Source: a virus. Taken from it: a stretch of DNA of 64,000 nt. This document shows, piece after piece, positions 35,905-46,188 of the stretch. The translations under genes were made by a program, and so were the position numbers. Within the stretch, counting starts at the first letter, position 1, and each line of letters starts with the position of its first letter. The DNA lies in IMG/VR virus record IMGVR_UViG_3300035183_000733, positions 26,496-90,495 of that record; one strand, written 5' to 3'. Under the pieces are notes generated by a model. It saw nothing but the letters and a program-made list of their open reading frames with translations, was not told the origin of the DNA and did not search any database.

Positions 35905-37104
35905 TTATTTGAATCCTATGCCCTTCGTTGGTTTTGAGTCCCCAAGTAGTACAGTGTCGTCCTCGTCCTGCCTCAGCGAGAATATGTCGGCCAGACTCAT
36001 AGGCCCGGTTGCCGTATGCTTGATCTCATACTTGTCTATCACCCTCTGAGCATCCTCTTTAGACAGCTTGTTGAACTCCTTTATGGAGAGCATGCGCTGT
36101 TTTCTGAGTATCGCTTCGTCTATCATCTTTATGTCGGAGTTGAATGTGGCAAGCACCTGAATGTTCAGGAAGTCGTTGAGTATGCCATCGGACGAGTTGA
36201 GTATGTTGGACACGCCGTCTCCGCCGTACTGGTTTATGTCCCTCTTGATGAGCACGCGCTCGGCGTCCTCTATCACGAGCAGTATGCCTGGCTTCTTCTT
36301 GCCGCCCTCTTCGTCTATCCTGTCATCAGCCCAGTCGAGCAGGAAGTTGTTGAACACCGGGGTTCCTATCATGTCGACCATGTTGTTCGGCATGTACAGG
36401 ATATTCTTCTTCGTTTTCGCCAGGTCTCTTATCAGCCTGCGTATGTAGTACGACTTGCCAGTTCCTGGCGTGCCGTACAGGAGTATGATGCCCTTGTTCT
36501 TCTCGCTTATCCTCTTCAGGTTAAGCTCGTGGAACTTGGAAAACCCGTCTCCGTAGTGAATGTCGAGGTCGAACTTCAGGTCCGCGCTTATCATCGGCAG
36601 CTCCTTGGTGTACAATCCGGACTCTGAGTCCTGGCACAACAAGTGAATCCTGTTTATCTCGTCCGACGTCTCGAGCTTTATCTTGTGCAGCGCCTCGACA
36701 AGCTCATCGGGGACACCCACATACTGATTGTACATGATGTCAACCTCCTGACACACGAGCGTGCCGTGTTCCTTGTCCTTGAACTTCTTCTGCGCCGGCT
36801 TTATCTTGTAGTGATCGTCGTCGGCAGAGTGAGACCTCCTGTTGCGAACGTACACGATGCTGTCCTTGTACTTTATGCGCATGAGGACCTGCTGGTACTC
36901 GTCGTCCTGGTACTTCCAGTCCAGGCTGCAGTCCTCCTTGTAGATGTCCTGTATAACAGATATGAACTGGTTAAACAAGAACGGCCCGTTGATCCGCATC
37001 CATGACGGTACGACCGAGTTGTCCTTTACGAAGAAGTTTAGCGCGTCAGATTCCTCCTCGTGTATCCTGTGCCCGAGCTTGTCTATCTTTAGTTTATCCA
37101 TCAT
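35905..37104 (-). CDS. AAA+ ATPase (classic clade) with unknown N-terminal domain
   Basis: Walker A LYGTPGTGKS, Walker B LLVIEDAE, sensor-2-like region ATFNSDIKMIDEAILRKQR. Confidence 0.75.
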   Translation of the reverse strand: MMDKLKIDKLGHRIHEEESDALNFFVKDNSVVPSWMRINGPFLFNQFISVIQDIYKEDCSLDWKYQDDEYQQVLMRIKYKDSIVYVRNRRSHSADDDHYKIKPAQKKFKDKEHGTLVCQEVDIMYNQYVGVPDELVEALHKIKLETSDEINRIHLLCQDSESGLYTKELPMISADLKFDLDIHYGDGFSKFHELNLKRISEKNKGIILLYGTPGTGKSYYIRRLIRDLAKTKKNILYMPNNMVDMIGTPVFNNFLLDWADDRIDEEGGKKKPGILLVIEDAERVLIKRDINQYGGDGVSNILNSSDGILNDFLNIQVLATFNSDIKMIDEAILRKQRMLSIKEFNKLSKEDAQRVIDKYEIKHTATGPMSLADIFSLRQDEDDTVLLGDSKPTKGIGFK

Positions 37105-37164
37105 GTTGTTTTTATTTGATTTATCTGCAATGTTGCGCCTCCCTGTTTTATATATCGGAAAAAA

Positions 37165-37200
37165 TTAGGGGGCTTTTGTCGCCCCCCCTAATAAACTGGT
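37165..37200 (-). terminator. rho-independent terminator for minus-strand genes
   Basis: on minus strand: AGGGGGGGCGAC-aaaa-GCCCCCTAATTTTTTCC. Confidence 0.55.
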
Positions 37201-37201
37201 T

Positions 37202-37831
37202 TTAAATAGTGTAACCGCCACAGCGGATCTTCTTACCGCGGTGCGTGAAATCTGGAGCCGGCGCTTCATCGTACAGCACCACGAAATTCTGGTCTATGTA
37301 CCTCCTGAAGTCTTCGGGCGTTATCAGGTTGATGTTATCGTAAGTGTTCAGCCCGAGCAGGTTGACGTAGAACTGCGCGAACTCACTGCAGATGAACCGG
37401 TCGGACTTGCCGAGACCGGTAAGGTCTATTCCGGTCTTCTTTATTAAAGCGATGCGCAGCAGCAACGTGTTGTCGTACTTGACCTCCTTGCCGCCCCAAT
37501 AAGAGAGAATCTCCTTTATGGCAGCCTCCATCTTTGCCTCGCCAACGCGAGGACGCATGATGCAGAAGTCGCTGTACCCGTCCATCCTCCTTGACAGCGG
37601 GACGCAAACGAGACCTCCTGACCACATGTCCAGCGTGAGCACGCGGTCCATGTCATCAGCCTTCCAAACAACCCCTATGTGGTTGTAGTATGCGCGGTCG
37701 AAATACTGGATGGACCTCGATAGGAAGCTGCTTCCCCTATACAACACAAGGTCTCCAGTCTCAAAACTGTCCCTGTATTTTTTGTACTTCTCAGGTACGT
37801 CTTGGTTCTTGGAACCGATAAGCATTTGCAT
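37202..37831 (-). CDS. permuted papain-fold (YiiX-like) peptidase / amidase
   Basis: GDLVLYRGSSFLSRSIQYF.. and C-terminal Cys in RFICSEF. Confidence 0.5.
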   Translation of the reverse strand: MQMLIGSKNQDVPEKYKKYRDSFETGDLVLYRGSSFLSRSIQYFDRAYYNHIGVVWKADDMDRVLTLDMWSGGLVCVPLSRRMDGYSDFCIMRPRVGEAKMEAAIKEILSYWGGKEVKYDNTLLLRIALIKKTGIDLTGLGKSDRFICSEFAQFYVNLLGLNTYDNINLITPEDFRRYIDQNFVVLYDEAPAPDFTHRGKKIRCGGYTI

Positions 37832-37851
37832 TATTTCTTAGTTTTTATTTT

Positions 37852-38502
37852 TTATCTAAAACGCATCTCGTTGTCCACGTTCTCGTAATTACCGTTTACA
37901 AATATGTCGAGCAGCTCGTACATAAGCGAAGTGGTGTATCCGGGCATCTGAGCGAACCCGTTATTCGTGTAATTTATACCGAGCACTGGGTACGAACCGT
38001 TCTGCAGCCACAGGATAATGTGAGGAAGATTCGCATAGTAATAGTCATAGCACATCTCTTTGGTGACCATGTATATCATGGCCACATACGCCTCCGGAAG
38101 ACGGAATGATATTTTTTGGAACGCTGCGAATAGTCGCGATAGGCGAACCTCCCTTGTCCTCGCCGTTAGTATGTTCCAGTTGCGCTCATGCTCAGCTGGT
38201 GTGAAATAGGTGTCCCACTCACCCTGACTTATGTCTGCGGGGTAGCGGTAGTGTTGCACGCATTTCTTACGATCTTCATACATGAGAGCGCCCCAGTCGG
38301 TAACAAGTATGTCGCGCAACGAATCTCTGAACACGCCATAGTCAAACTTCCTACCGTTCGTCATCGTCAGCAGCGTATCCACCGATGTTACATCGTCTTC
38401 ATCCTGGGAAAAGACATGATTATTTGGAACCGTGTAATAGTAGTTCAAAATTCCTTGACTCGTGTCCTGGTGCGGTGTTGTTTTTAGTTTGGCTATCCTC
38501 AT
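37852..38502 (-). CDS. tail-fibre-cluster protein sharing its N-terminal module with 38520..39950
   Basis: MRIAKLKT..YYTVPNNH vs MRIAVLDS..YYIVPDNY; start reset to Met 12. Confidence 0.5.
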   Translation of the reverse strand: MRIAKLKTTPHQDTSQGILNYYYTVPNNHVFSQDEDDVTSVDTLLTMTNGRKFDYGVFRDSLRDILVTDWGALMYEDRKKCVQHYRYPADISQGEWDTYFTPAEHERNWNILTARTREVRLSRLFAAFQKISFRLPEAYVAMIYMVTKEMCYDYYYANLPHIILWLQNGSYPVLGINYTNNGFAQMPGYTTSLMYELLDIFVNGNYENVDNEMRFR

Positions 38503-38519
38503 TTTAATAACTCTATGAT

Positions 38520-39950
38520 TTATTGTGCTTCCCACATATACACCTGCGCTGTTGTCGTTCCAGTTTCAGTCCATGCAATATCGAATGATGTTGATGTGAC
38601 GTTCTGAATGACTCCCGAAATATAACTTCCCCCGCCTGTTGCTAAAAGTATTGCAAAGGTGGTTGAAGATAAACCCGCTTGAGTTGCGGTAATTGTTGCT
38701 CCGAATCGTTGATATACACACCTGTTTCCGCTTGAGTTCCATATACCAATAGATGATGTGGTTGCGGTTGCAGAGCTGTTTGCGGTAAATGTACCATAAC
38801 CATAAATTCTTATGATAGCTGGAACCTTTCCGAGACCATGTGTGATTGTTGTTGTTTGGGTAGCAGCTGGAGAAGTACCAACACCTGCTGTTGATAACGG
38901 GGCTCCAGAGTAACCAGAAACCCCAGATACTCCGCTGAACCCACTTCGACCGCTGAACCCAGATATTCCGGATGAGCCACTCGTACCGGAGAATCCTGAA
39001 GTACCTGCTGCACCGTTTGTTCCCGAGAATCCTGAAGTCCCGCTATAACCAGAAAACCCAGAGACCCCTGAGTAACCCGACATGCCGCTGAATCCAAAGA
39101 TCCCTGAGTAACCCGACAGCCCAGAAAAACCAGATGCGCCAGAGTATCCGGAGAACCCGCTTCGGCCGCTGGTACCAGAAACTCCGGAGTATCCGGAGAA
39201 CCCTGAGGAACCATTTGTACCGTCAGTACCACTGAATCCAGATACTCCAGAATAACCGGAGAAACCACTAATGCCGGAGAAACCGGACACGCCCGACACG
39301 CCCGAAAAACCTTGGGTCCCGCTGAAACCAGAAGTACCAGAAATACCGATATTTCCCGAATAACCCGACACGCCACTGAATCCGCTCACTCCAGAGACCC
39401 CCGACACGCCAGATGATCCACTCGTGCCGCTTATACCAGAATAACCGGATAAGCCGAGTCCTGAATAACCAGAGACCCCGCTAAATCCAGAAGCAGCTTG
39501 TGCATCCGCCAAATTTTGCGTTGTTATTAACTTTCCAGATGTACCAAGATCTGGTAGCTCTATCAGTACCGTCTGAGTCAAAGATCTTGGGTCGAATGAT
39601 ATTACGTCTGGACGCCATACAAGATCCTGCATGAACTCGTATATCTCGGCCCTTGTAAAGTAGTCGAGAATATTCTCAGAGTTCGGCATAACAAAATGCC
39701 TTCTGTACTCGTATTTCATCTCAGCGGAAACGCCAGACCAATTCGGAATAACGTGCGAATTTGCCGAGTCCTTCCAGTCAAAATACTCCATGCGCTTAAC
39801 TGAAAAGAACAAGTACAACGTCTCAGGCGAAGTGACGTCCGTGGCGCCATTGGTGGCAAAGTTATAGTTGTCCGGCACTATGTAATAGTTGCTCAACTGT
39901 CCGTCGACCGTAGATTGAATGCCGTTGCTATCTAATACTGCTATCCTCAT
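38520..39950 (-). CDS. collagen-like (Gly-X-Ser)n repeat fibre protein
   Basis: about 60 uninterrupted SG[FYVTIL] triplets; start reset to MRIAVLD so that it abuts the upstream stop. Confidence 0.7.
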   Translation of the reverse strand: MRIAVLDSNGIQSTVDGQLSNYYIVPDNYNFATNGATDVTSPETLYLFFSVKRMEYFDWKDSANSHVIPNWSGVSAEMKYEYRRHFVMPNSENILDYFTRAEIYEFMQDLVWRPDVISFDPRSLTQTVLIELPDLGTSGKLITTQNLADAQAASGFSGVSGYSGLGLSGYSGISGTSGSSGVSGVSGVSGFSGVSGYSGNIGISGTSGFSGTQGFSGVSGVSGFSGISGFSGYSGVSGFSGTDGTNGSSGFSGYSGVSGTSGRSGFSGYSGASGFSGLSGYSGIFGFSGMSGYSGVSGFSGYSGTSGFSGTNGAAGTSGFSGTSGSSGISGFSGRSGFSGVSGVSGYSGAPLSTAGVGTSPAATQTTTITHGLGKVPAIIRIYGYGTFTANSSATATTSSIGIWNSSGNRCVYQRFGATITATQAGLSSTTFAILLATGGGSYISGVIQNVTSTSFDIAWTETGTTTAQVYMWEAQ

Positions 39951-39952
39951 TT

Positions 39953-42046
39953 TTATATCCTTGTCATTGTAAAGTTCATGTACGATATAGTTATGTCCGC
40001 GGCGGATGTTATATTCTGCACCCACAACTCTACGTAATCGTTAGTTGCAAGAGATACCAAGCAATTGACTCCAGCTGCGTATTGATCAGTAGAAGTCCTG
40101 AAGAATGAATTTATCTGCGACTTTGTAACTCGCGCGCCGTTCTTGTAAACAAAGAAACTGAACGTCTCGTTGGCGGATGCAGATACAGACGACACGGACA
40201 CGTTTATTAAAAATTCTCTCGTTGCCGCACCAGTATAAGTCAGTCTTCCATTGGAATGCGTCACGTCTGCCGTAAGATCTCCGGCTGTAGTAGTTCCAGC
40301 CACTTTCAATGGAGTGGATGTTGCCGCGATTGCCGTTGCCGTTGCGTTGCCGTTTAAGTACATTTCTCCGTATGTCGATGCTGGCGAATTTCCAGAAAAA
40401 CCGCTCGTGCCAGAGTAACCAGAATATCCGCTAACTCCAGAATAGCCAGAAACGCCAGAGAACCCAGATACACCACTAAAACCACTCACTCCAGAGCGGC
40501 CAGAAACGCCAGAGAACCCAGATACACCACTAAAACCACTCACTCCAGAGTAACCTGAGGTTCCTGAGGTTCCGGAGTAACCCGAAAATCCCGACGTGCC
40601 GGAGTAACCCGAAAATCCCGACGTGCCGGAGTAACCCGAAAATCCCGACGTGCCGGAGTAACCCGATACGCCGGAGAATCCGCTCGTCCCAGAGTAACCA
40701 GATATGCCGGAGGTTCCTGAGTATCCGCTTGTTCCTGAGTATCCGCTGAATCCGCTTGTTCCTGAGTATCCAGAAACGCCCGAGTATCCGCTCACACCGG
40801 AGTATCCAGAAACGCCAGAGTATCCGCTCACACCGGAGTATCCAGAAACGCCCGAGAATCCTGATGTACCGCTGTAACCCGAAAATCCGGAAGTGCCGCT
40901 GTAACCCGAAAATCCGGAAGTGCCGGAGCCCGAAAATCCGGAGGTGCCAGAGTAACCCGAAGTACCAGAAAAACCAGACACGCCTGAGTAGCCCGATAAA
41001 CCTATGCCAGAGTAACCGGAGATTCCAGACTCACCCTGCACGCCCTGCACGCCGTCAAGATTGACGGTCCACGAAGAATAAGTTCCCGAACCCTCCTCTG
41101 TTATGACGAGGACTACGAGTTCTCCAGTGCCTGAGTTGTACGACTGCACCTCTCCTATGAAAAGATTTGTAGCGTTGTACGCGACGACAACTCCTTGTCC
41201 TACGGAATACGATAATCCCGACTCAACAAAAATTATTTGTATATTAGGAGACCCAACTGGTATTGTGAGCGAATCAGTTGATGATGTTAAATATCTGTCC
41301 GCTTTGCCAGAGAATCCCGAAAGCCCCGAGTAACCCGAGTAACCCGAGTAACCACTTACCCCAGAGTAGCCGGAGACCCCTGATACCCCGCTTGTACCTG
41401 AGTAACCAGACTCACCAGAAGTGCCAGAAATTCCAGAAATGCCAGAGTATCCACTGAAACCTGATATGCCCGAATAACCAGACTCGCCTGATGTGCCGCT
41501 CGTTCCAGAGTAACCGCTGAATCCCGAGGTTCCGGAGTATCCGGAGACTCCAGAGTAACCCGAATAGCCCGAGACTCCAGAGTAACCCGAGAACCCGCTC
41601 ACGCCAGAGGTTCCACTCGTTCCAGAGTAACCGCTAAAACCGCTCACTCCAGAGTGGCCAGAAACGCCAGAGTAACCCGAGAACCCACTAACGCCAGAGT
41701 AACCCGAGAACCCACTAACGCCAGAGTAACCCGAGATGCCAGAAAATCCAGATATTCCCGAGTGACCACTAACGCCAGAAAACCCACTAAAGCCCGACAC
41801 ACCTGTTACGAAATTGTAGAAATCGTCAGCTGAAGTAACAGAATATCCATTATAGTTGCCGGTCAATTTACCGTCATCTATAGCTGTTATTAGATCGCGT
41901 GAATTCTGTAATTCCGACAGCGAGTACTCCTCCAGCAGATCATGGTCGACGACTGGATGATAAAAAGTACGTTCACCGAGGTCATAAAGAACCACGATGT
42001 CCGGACTTCCAACTCCTGTTGTCGTTATTTTTAAAAATGGCACCAT
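39953..42046 (-). CDS. collagen-like (Gly-X-Ser)n repeat fibre protein, 697 aa
   Basis: two long GXS tracts flanking a globular segment. Confidence 0.7.
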   Translation of the reverse strand: MVPFLKITTTGVGSPDIVVLYDLGERTFYHPVVDHDLLEEYSLSELQNSRDLITAIDDGKLTGNYNGYSVTSADDFYNFVTGVSGFSGFSGVSGHSGISGFSGISGYSGVSGFSGYSGVSGFSGYSGVSGHSGVSGFSGYSGTSGTSGVSGFSGYSGVSGYSGYSGVSGYSGTSGFSGYSGTSGTSGESGYSGISGFSGYSGISGISGTSGESGYSGTSGVSGVSGYSGVSGYSGYSGYSGLSGFSGKADRYLTSSTDSLTIPVGSPNIQIIFVESGLSYSVGQGVVVAYNATNLFIGEVQSYNSGTGELVVLVITEEGSGTYSSWTVNLDGVQGVQGESGISGYSGIGLSGYSGVSGFSGTSGYSGTSGFSGSGTSGFSGYSGTSGFSGYSGTSGFSGVSGYSGVSGYSGVSGYSGVSGYSGVSGYSGTSGFSGYSGTSGYSGTSGISGYSGTSGFSGVSGYSGTSGFSGYSGTSGFSGYSGTSGFSGYSGTSGTSGYSGVSGFSGVSGFSGVSGRSGVSGFSGVSGFSGVSGYSGVSGYSGYSGTSGFSGNSPASTYGEMYLNGNATATAIAATSTPLKVAGTTTAGDLTADVTHSNGRLTYTGAATREFLINVSVSSVSASANETFSFFVYKNGARVTKSQINSFFRTSTDQYAAGVNCLVSLATNDYVELWVQNITSAADITISYMNFTMTRI
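40380..41000. repeat. in-frame tandem nucleotide repeats encoding the GXS tracts (e.g. perfect 27-nt x3 at 40572-40652)
   Basis: ccggagtaacccgaaaatcccgacgtg repeated three times exactly; additional 36-nt and about 50-nt repeat units nearby. Confidence 0.8.
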
Positions 42047-42051
42047 TTATA

Positions 42052-43137
42052 TTACCTTCTCTTTATTACTATTGTTCCCTTCGGTCTGTCTATGGATGCC
42101 CCAGTCATATACAGTTGAAGTAAATCGCCGGCGTTCACATCCACGTTGTATGTATCTGAGTAATTGCTCGTTTGTGCACCAGTTAAATTTATCACAGCTC
42201 CGGTAAGAGTACCGTTGTTCCGCACCTCTATGCTCCACGCGTTGCCGTTAACCGAGTTGCATGATGCGGACATTGCCACTATAGTGCCATTGTAAGGCAT
42301 TACGACCGGCGCCAGGTTCATGGGCACACCGTCCTCGTCCCTTAGGTATTGATTCGTTGTGTTTGCCGAGTTGCGAGATGCGCTAATGGTAAGCAAGCCG
42401 TAGCTCGGATCACCACTGAGGCCTGAGAATCCGCTCACTCCCGAATAACCGGAAACTCCACTGAATCCAGATACTCCCGATCCGCTCACTCCCGAATAAC
42501 CACTTACGCCAGAAAACCCCGAAACTCCACTGAATCCGGATACTCCAGAAAAACCGGACACGCCACTGAATCCAGATACTCCCAAGTATCCGCTGAACCC
42601 TGAGGTTCCTGAGAATCCGATCACTCCTGAGAATCCACTCACTCCTGAGTATCCAGATATGCCAGAAGTTCCGCTAAATCCACTAACCCCGCTTGTACCG
42701 GAGTAGCCGGAGAACCCCGATGTGCCTGAATAACCGGAGAACCCCGATATACCTGTAACTTTTTTCTCGCCAAGAGTGGTGAGTACCATCCATCCAGCAC
42801 CGTCGTTGAATACGAGCTGCTCGTCCGGTTTAAGTATCACGCTTATCAATGTTCTGCTCGTACCCGTGTTGTAGAGCTCGACTGTTATCACCCTGTTGAC
42901 CGTGTCGTTGTTGAACACGTTCACGTATTTTATGTTCCTGTATATGGATGCAGCAGGAGGTGCCACAGCCGTTACCGGTGTGTTGCCAGTGAGCACACCG
43001 TCATTGCCACCGGGCGTCATAACTGGTGTTGTCGACTCTATGTCATCGTACGCCGTTACAAATATCGGCTCGCTCGTCGTCGCCGCAGCGTCCGAGTATA
43101 TCCTGAGAGATTTGTTTATGGTATCTAATCTTATCAT
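42052..43137 (-). CDS. collagen-like repeat fibre protein with conserved MIRLDT N-terminal module
   Basis: N-terminus MIRLDTINKSLRIYSDAAATTSEPIFVTAYDDI is paralogous to that of 45406..46173. Confidence 0.7.
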   Translation of the reverse strand: MIRLDTINKSLRIYSDAAATTSEPIFVTAYDDIESTTPVMTPGGNDGVLTGNTPVTAVAPPAASIYRNIKYVNVFNNDTVNRVITVELYNTGTSRTLISVILKPDEQLVFNDGAGWMVLTTLGEKKVTGISGFSGYSGTSGFSGYSGTSGVSGFSGTSGISGYSGVSGFSGVIGFSGTSGFSGYLGVSGFSGVSGFSGVSGFSGVSGFSGVSGYSGVSGSGVSGFSGVSGYSGVSGFSGLSGDPSYGLLTISASRNSANTTNQYLRDEDGVPMNLAPVVMPYNGTIVAMSASCNSVNGNAWSIEVRNNGTLTGAVINLTGAQTSNYSDTYNVDVNAGDLLQLYMTGASIDRPKGTIVIKRR

Positions 43138-43283
43138 CAGCCTACCTGTATTGTAACTATTTCGGCCACTTGGGTGAACGTGTACGCAGAGCCGTCGAGG
43201 CTTATGCCGACAATAGTGCCGGGGGTCGTGTCTGCGACCTCGAGCACAAATTCTGACGGATCAAAAACTATGTCGTTGATCAT
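43137..43283 (-). CDS. small ORF (48 aa) between fibre genes
   Basis: ATG at 43283; its TGA overlaps the ATG of the next gene; below the ORF-track cut-off. Confidence 0.25.
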   Translation of the reverse strand: MINDIVFDPSEFVLEVADTTPGTIVGISLDGSAYTFTQVAEIVTIQVG

Positions 43284-43289
43284 GTTCTA

Positions 43290-45404
43290 TTACGCCTGCG
43301 TAAGCAGCGCCCTCACTTTAATTGAACCCGGCAGCGACGTAGCGACGTAACGGATGTAGTTGCCCACGACATCTGCCGAAGAGCTCCATGCGTTCCATAC
43401 GTTGCCGTCGGTCGAGTACTGCCACGTTCCGAAGGCGGAAGCCGTCACTGTGTCGTCGACTATCGGCACGCCCGATACCGCGTTGTACAGCCTTATCCTC
43501 AGGTCAGGTATTGTGCCGCCCCATAGGGACGATTGCCTGTACCCGAAGGTGTTAGATGTCACGCTTGACTTGGCCACTGACGGCGTGTAATGAGAATCAG
43601 TTGTGTCGTCCTCGTAAACCACCGTAAGTCCCATTATCCTCGCGGGTATGCACGACTCGCCAAGCACTCTAAATTCGAACTTAAACTGTATAGACGTTGA
43701 CGGCGATATTGATGTTAGCGTGCCACTATCGTCAAGTAGAGTCCACGTACCAGAGTTATCAGATATTCCGGCAGTCCTGACGTAAGTCTTGAACGGCTCC
43801 GGATTCTTAACGAGATAATCATTACCCATCTTCTTAATCTCGTTCACGTAAACCCTATACAGCTTGGTGGCGTTCGACGTGTCCATGGCAGGTGTTATTA
43901 GGACCTGGTTAGTGGTTGACGTGTATGTCCAGTGTGCCTCTATCGGTATGGTGTATATCTGATTGGCCGTTGCTGCCGTACTGTGACGTGCCATATACAG
44001 TATTCCCCCCTCCGACCAAATAGAAAAAGTGGAAGCCTGTATTGAAGGGTGTGGTACTATAGTGGAATCCGCCGTAGACTGGTCGAGCTGTCTGTCGTCT
44101 GCGAGGAATATCAACTCGAACTGCGACGATATTGTGTTATATGTGGTGACGTAGCTGCGGGTACTTGTAGCACCAGTTGTCATTATCACGAGTCTGTCTA
44201 TCAAGCTCGAGATCTCTACAGAAGACAACGCGGATGTCGCTGCGAATGTTGCAGTCCCGCCCGGCGGGACCTCGACCATTACGTCCGAGGTCCAGGTTGT
44301 GCTACCGTTGGTTATGTTAGTCAACGCACACCTGTAAACCCTTGTGGTGGTTACAAAATATAAGCTCTCAACCCCACTTCCAGGACCGTGAGATAACGTA
44401 CCAATCCTGCCGTTATTGATCTGCGACATGGTTCCTGTCAGAACTTGGTTACCAGTCTTAATAATGTTAGTAGTAGTATCCTTGCCCGCGGCAAGCGTTA
44501 GCGCCATTCTTATGTTATACACGAAGCAGATAGATCCTGTCGCATTCAGTACGTATACATACTGAGATGTCCAAGAAGTCCTCTGTCCTATGGCGGATCC
44601 TGCAGCTGTAGTATTAGTGACCACCGCCGCGTCGGCGAGCCAGTACACAGCCCTTATATTATCGACTGTGGTCGCGGCCGGTATCGTGGTACCGGACGTC
44701 GTAAAATTTTCTATTCTCAATCCCTTTGTGACGAACAGACCACCATTGGTCGCAGTCGCATTAGTCGTAGACGTCACACACATCAAGTCTTGTATTACGT
44801 ATGCAGTTCCACCTGGTATAGTTCCCGCAGAGGTCGTTAACGTTATGGAAGTATCGCCGCCGATGGCCGAGATTTCGTACCACGTGGTTATCGCAGTCGG
44901 ATCGGTGGACCCGAATCCAATTCGGCATCCTACGCTCATCCTATCAGTTAGCCAGGCAGATCCGCTTCCGGTCACGGCCGTGCCTGATACAGATACTGTA
45001 CCAGTTGTATACGACTCGCATATCATCCTGAACCCCCTTATGGTATGCGCGGTCGCGGTTGGATATGTCAGAGTTATGAAACCCCTCCAGTTGAACATTG
45101 ACGTGACCTTGTTGTACTCATACATAATTATCCTTCTCGTTGCAGCGGCAGCGGCGTTATCGGCAAGGAACACGTAATCGGTATTCGTGTCACAGTTTAT
45201 TACGTGCGGGAACATCCCCGGTATCGCCGTGGATTGTTCCATTGGTCTTGCCACACCTATTATCGATGGACCTGCAAACTTGTCGGTAGGGTTGGATCCC
45301 GTGTATTGCCTGATCTGCGTACCAACGTTGGTCTTGGTGGAGTCGTACGACGTTATAGGCGTCGTGGCTCCGGTGAATAAATGTTCTACTGCTTTCTTTG
45401 ACAT
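43290..45404 (-). CDS. Thr/Ser-rich tail-fibre / receptor-binding-like protein, 704 aa
   Basis: long ORF, low-complexity beta-rich composition typical of fibre shafts. Confidence 0.6.
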   Translation of the reverse strand: MSKKAVEHLFTGATTPITSYDSTKTNVGTQIRQYTGSNPTDKFAGPSIIGVARPMEQSTAIPGMFPHVINCDTNTDYVFLADNAAAAATRRIIMYEYNKVTSMFNWRGFITLTYPTATAHTIRGFRMICESYTTGTVSVSGTAVTGSGSAWLTDRMSVGCRIGFGSTDPTAITTWYEISAIGGDTSITLTTSAGTIPGGTAYVIQDLMCVTSTTNATATNGGLFVTKGLRIENFTTSGTTIPAATTVDNIRAVYWLADAAVVTNTTAAGSAIGQRTSWTSQYVYVLNATGSICFVYNIRMALTLAAGKDTTTNIIKTGNQVLTGTMSQINNGRIGTLSHGPGSGVESLYFVTTTRVYRCALTNITNGSTTWTSDVMVEVPPGGTATFAATSALSSVEISSLIDRLVIMTTGATSTRSYVTTYNTISSQFELIFLADDRQLDQSTADSTIVPHPSIQASTFSIWSEGGILYMARHSTAATANQIYTIPIEAHWTYTSTTNQVLITPAMDTSNATKLYRVYVNEIKKMGNDYLVKNPEPFKTYVRTAGISDNSGTWTLLDDSGTLTSISPSTSIQFKFEFRVLGESCIPARIMGLTVVYEDDTTDSHYTPSVAKSSVTSNTFGYRQSSLWGGTIPDLRIRLYNAVSGVPIVDDTVTASAFGTWQYSTDGNVWNAWSSSADVVGNYIRYVATSLPGSIKVRALLTQA

Positions 45405-45405
45405 C

Positions 45406-46173
45406 TTAGTCTTTCATTATTTTGAGGTGCACAGTAACTCTCGTTATAGTTGATACTGAGTCGATGTTAAAGGCGAATATGTCGCCGGCATTGACCGTAG
45501 TATCCGTCCACCCCGTTAGGTTCGTGTTCCTGTTCTTTATCTGCGATACGAGGCGAGGCTTATCGCTGCCCGGTATAGAATCGGCGACAGTCGGCGGATA
45601 GTTGTCGTACGTGTCCTTCCACACGTCCACCTGGATGTCGCCTATTTGGTCGGCGAAAACTACCCACGCTACTATGGTACCAGAGAACGGCACGGTCACG
45701 TACGCTTTAGTTCCTATGGTCAGAGGGTTTGCTCCGTTGTCAAGACCGAACCCGATCGAACCGACCTTTATGTTCTGCCCAGATTCCCCGGTAACTCGTA
45801 TCTCACCAAGAGAGTTCATTACCATCCATCCGGCGGCGTCGCTGAACACGAGCTCTTCCCCTATCTCGAGGTAAACCTTCATCAGCGTACGTTGGTCGAC
45901 TCCATTGAGGAGCTCAATAGTTACCGTATGCGGTGCCGTATCGACATTAGCTACACTTATGTACTTTATGTTCCTGTAGAACGGCGACACAGGCGACGAA
46001 ACTGCAGTAACAGGCGTTGTACCATTCAACGATCCGTCCTGACTCCCTGGAGTGAACGCCGGATTGACCACGCGTATATCGTCATACGACGTTACGAATA
46101 CAGGCTCGCTCGTCGTCGCCGTAGCGTCCGAGTATATCCTAATGCTCTTCGAGGTCGTATCTAAACGGATCAT
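45406..46173 (-). CDS. fibre-cluster protein carrying the MIRLDT N-terminal module
   Basis: MIRLDTTSKSIRIYSDATATTSEPVFVTSYDDI. Confidence 0.55.
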   Translation of the reverse strand: MIRLDTTSKSIRIYSDATATTSEPVFVTSYDDIRVVNPAFTPGSQDGSLNGTTPVTAVSSPVSPFYRNIKYISVANVDTAPHTVTIELLNGVDQRTLMKVYLEIGEELVFSDAAGWMVMNSLGEIRVTGESGQNIKVGSIGFGLDNGANPLTIGTKAYVTVPFSGTIVAWVVFADQIGDIQVDVWKDTYDNYPPTVADSIPGSDKPRLVSQIKNRNTNLTGWTDTTVNAGDIFAFNIDSVSTITRVTVHLKIMKD

Positions 46174-46188
46174 ATTTTATATATTTTC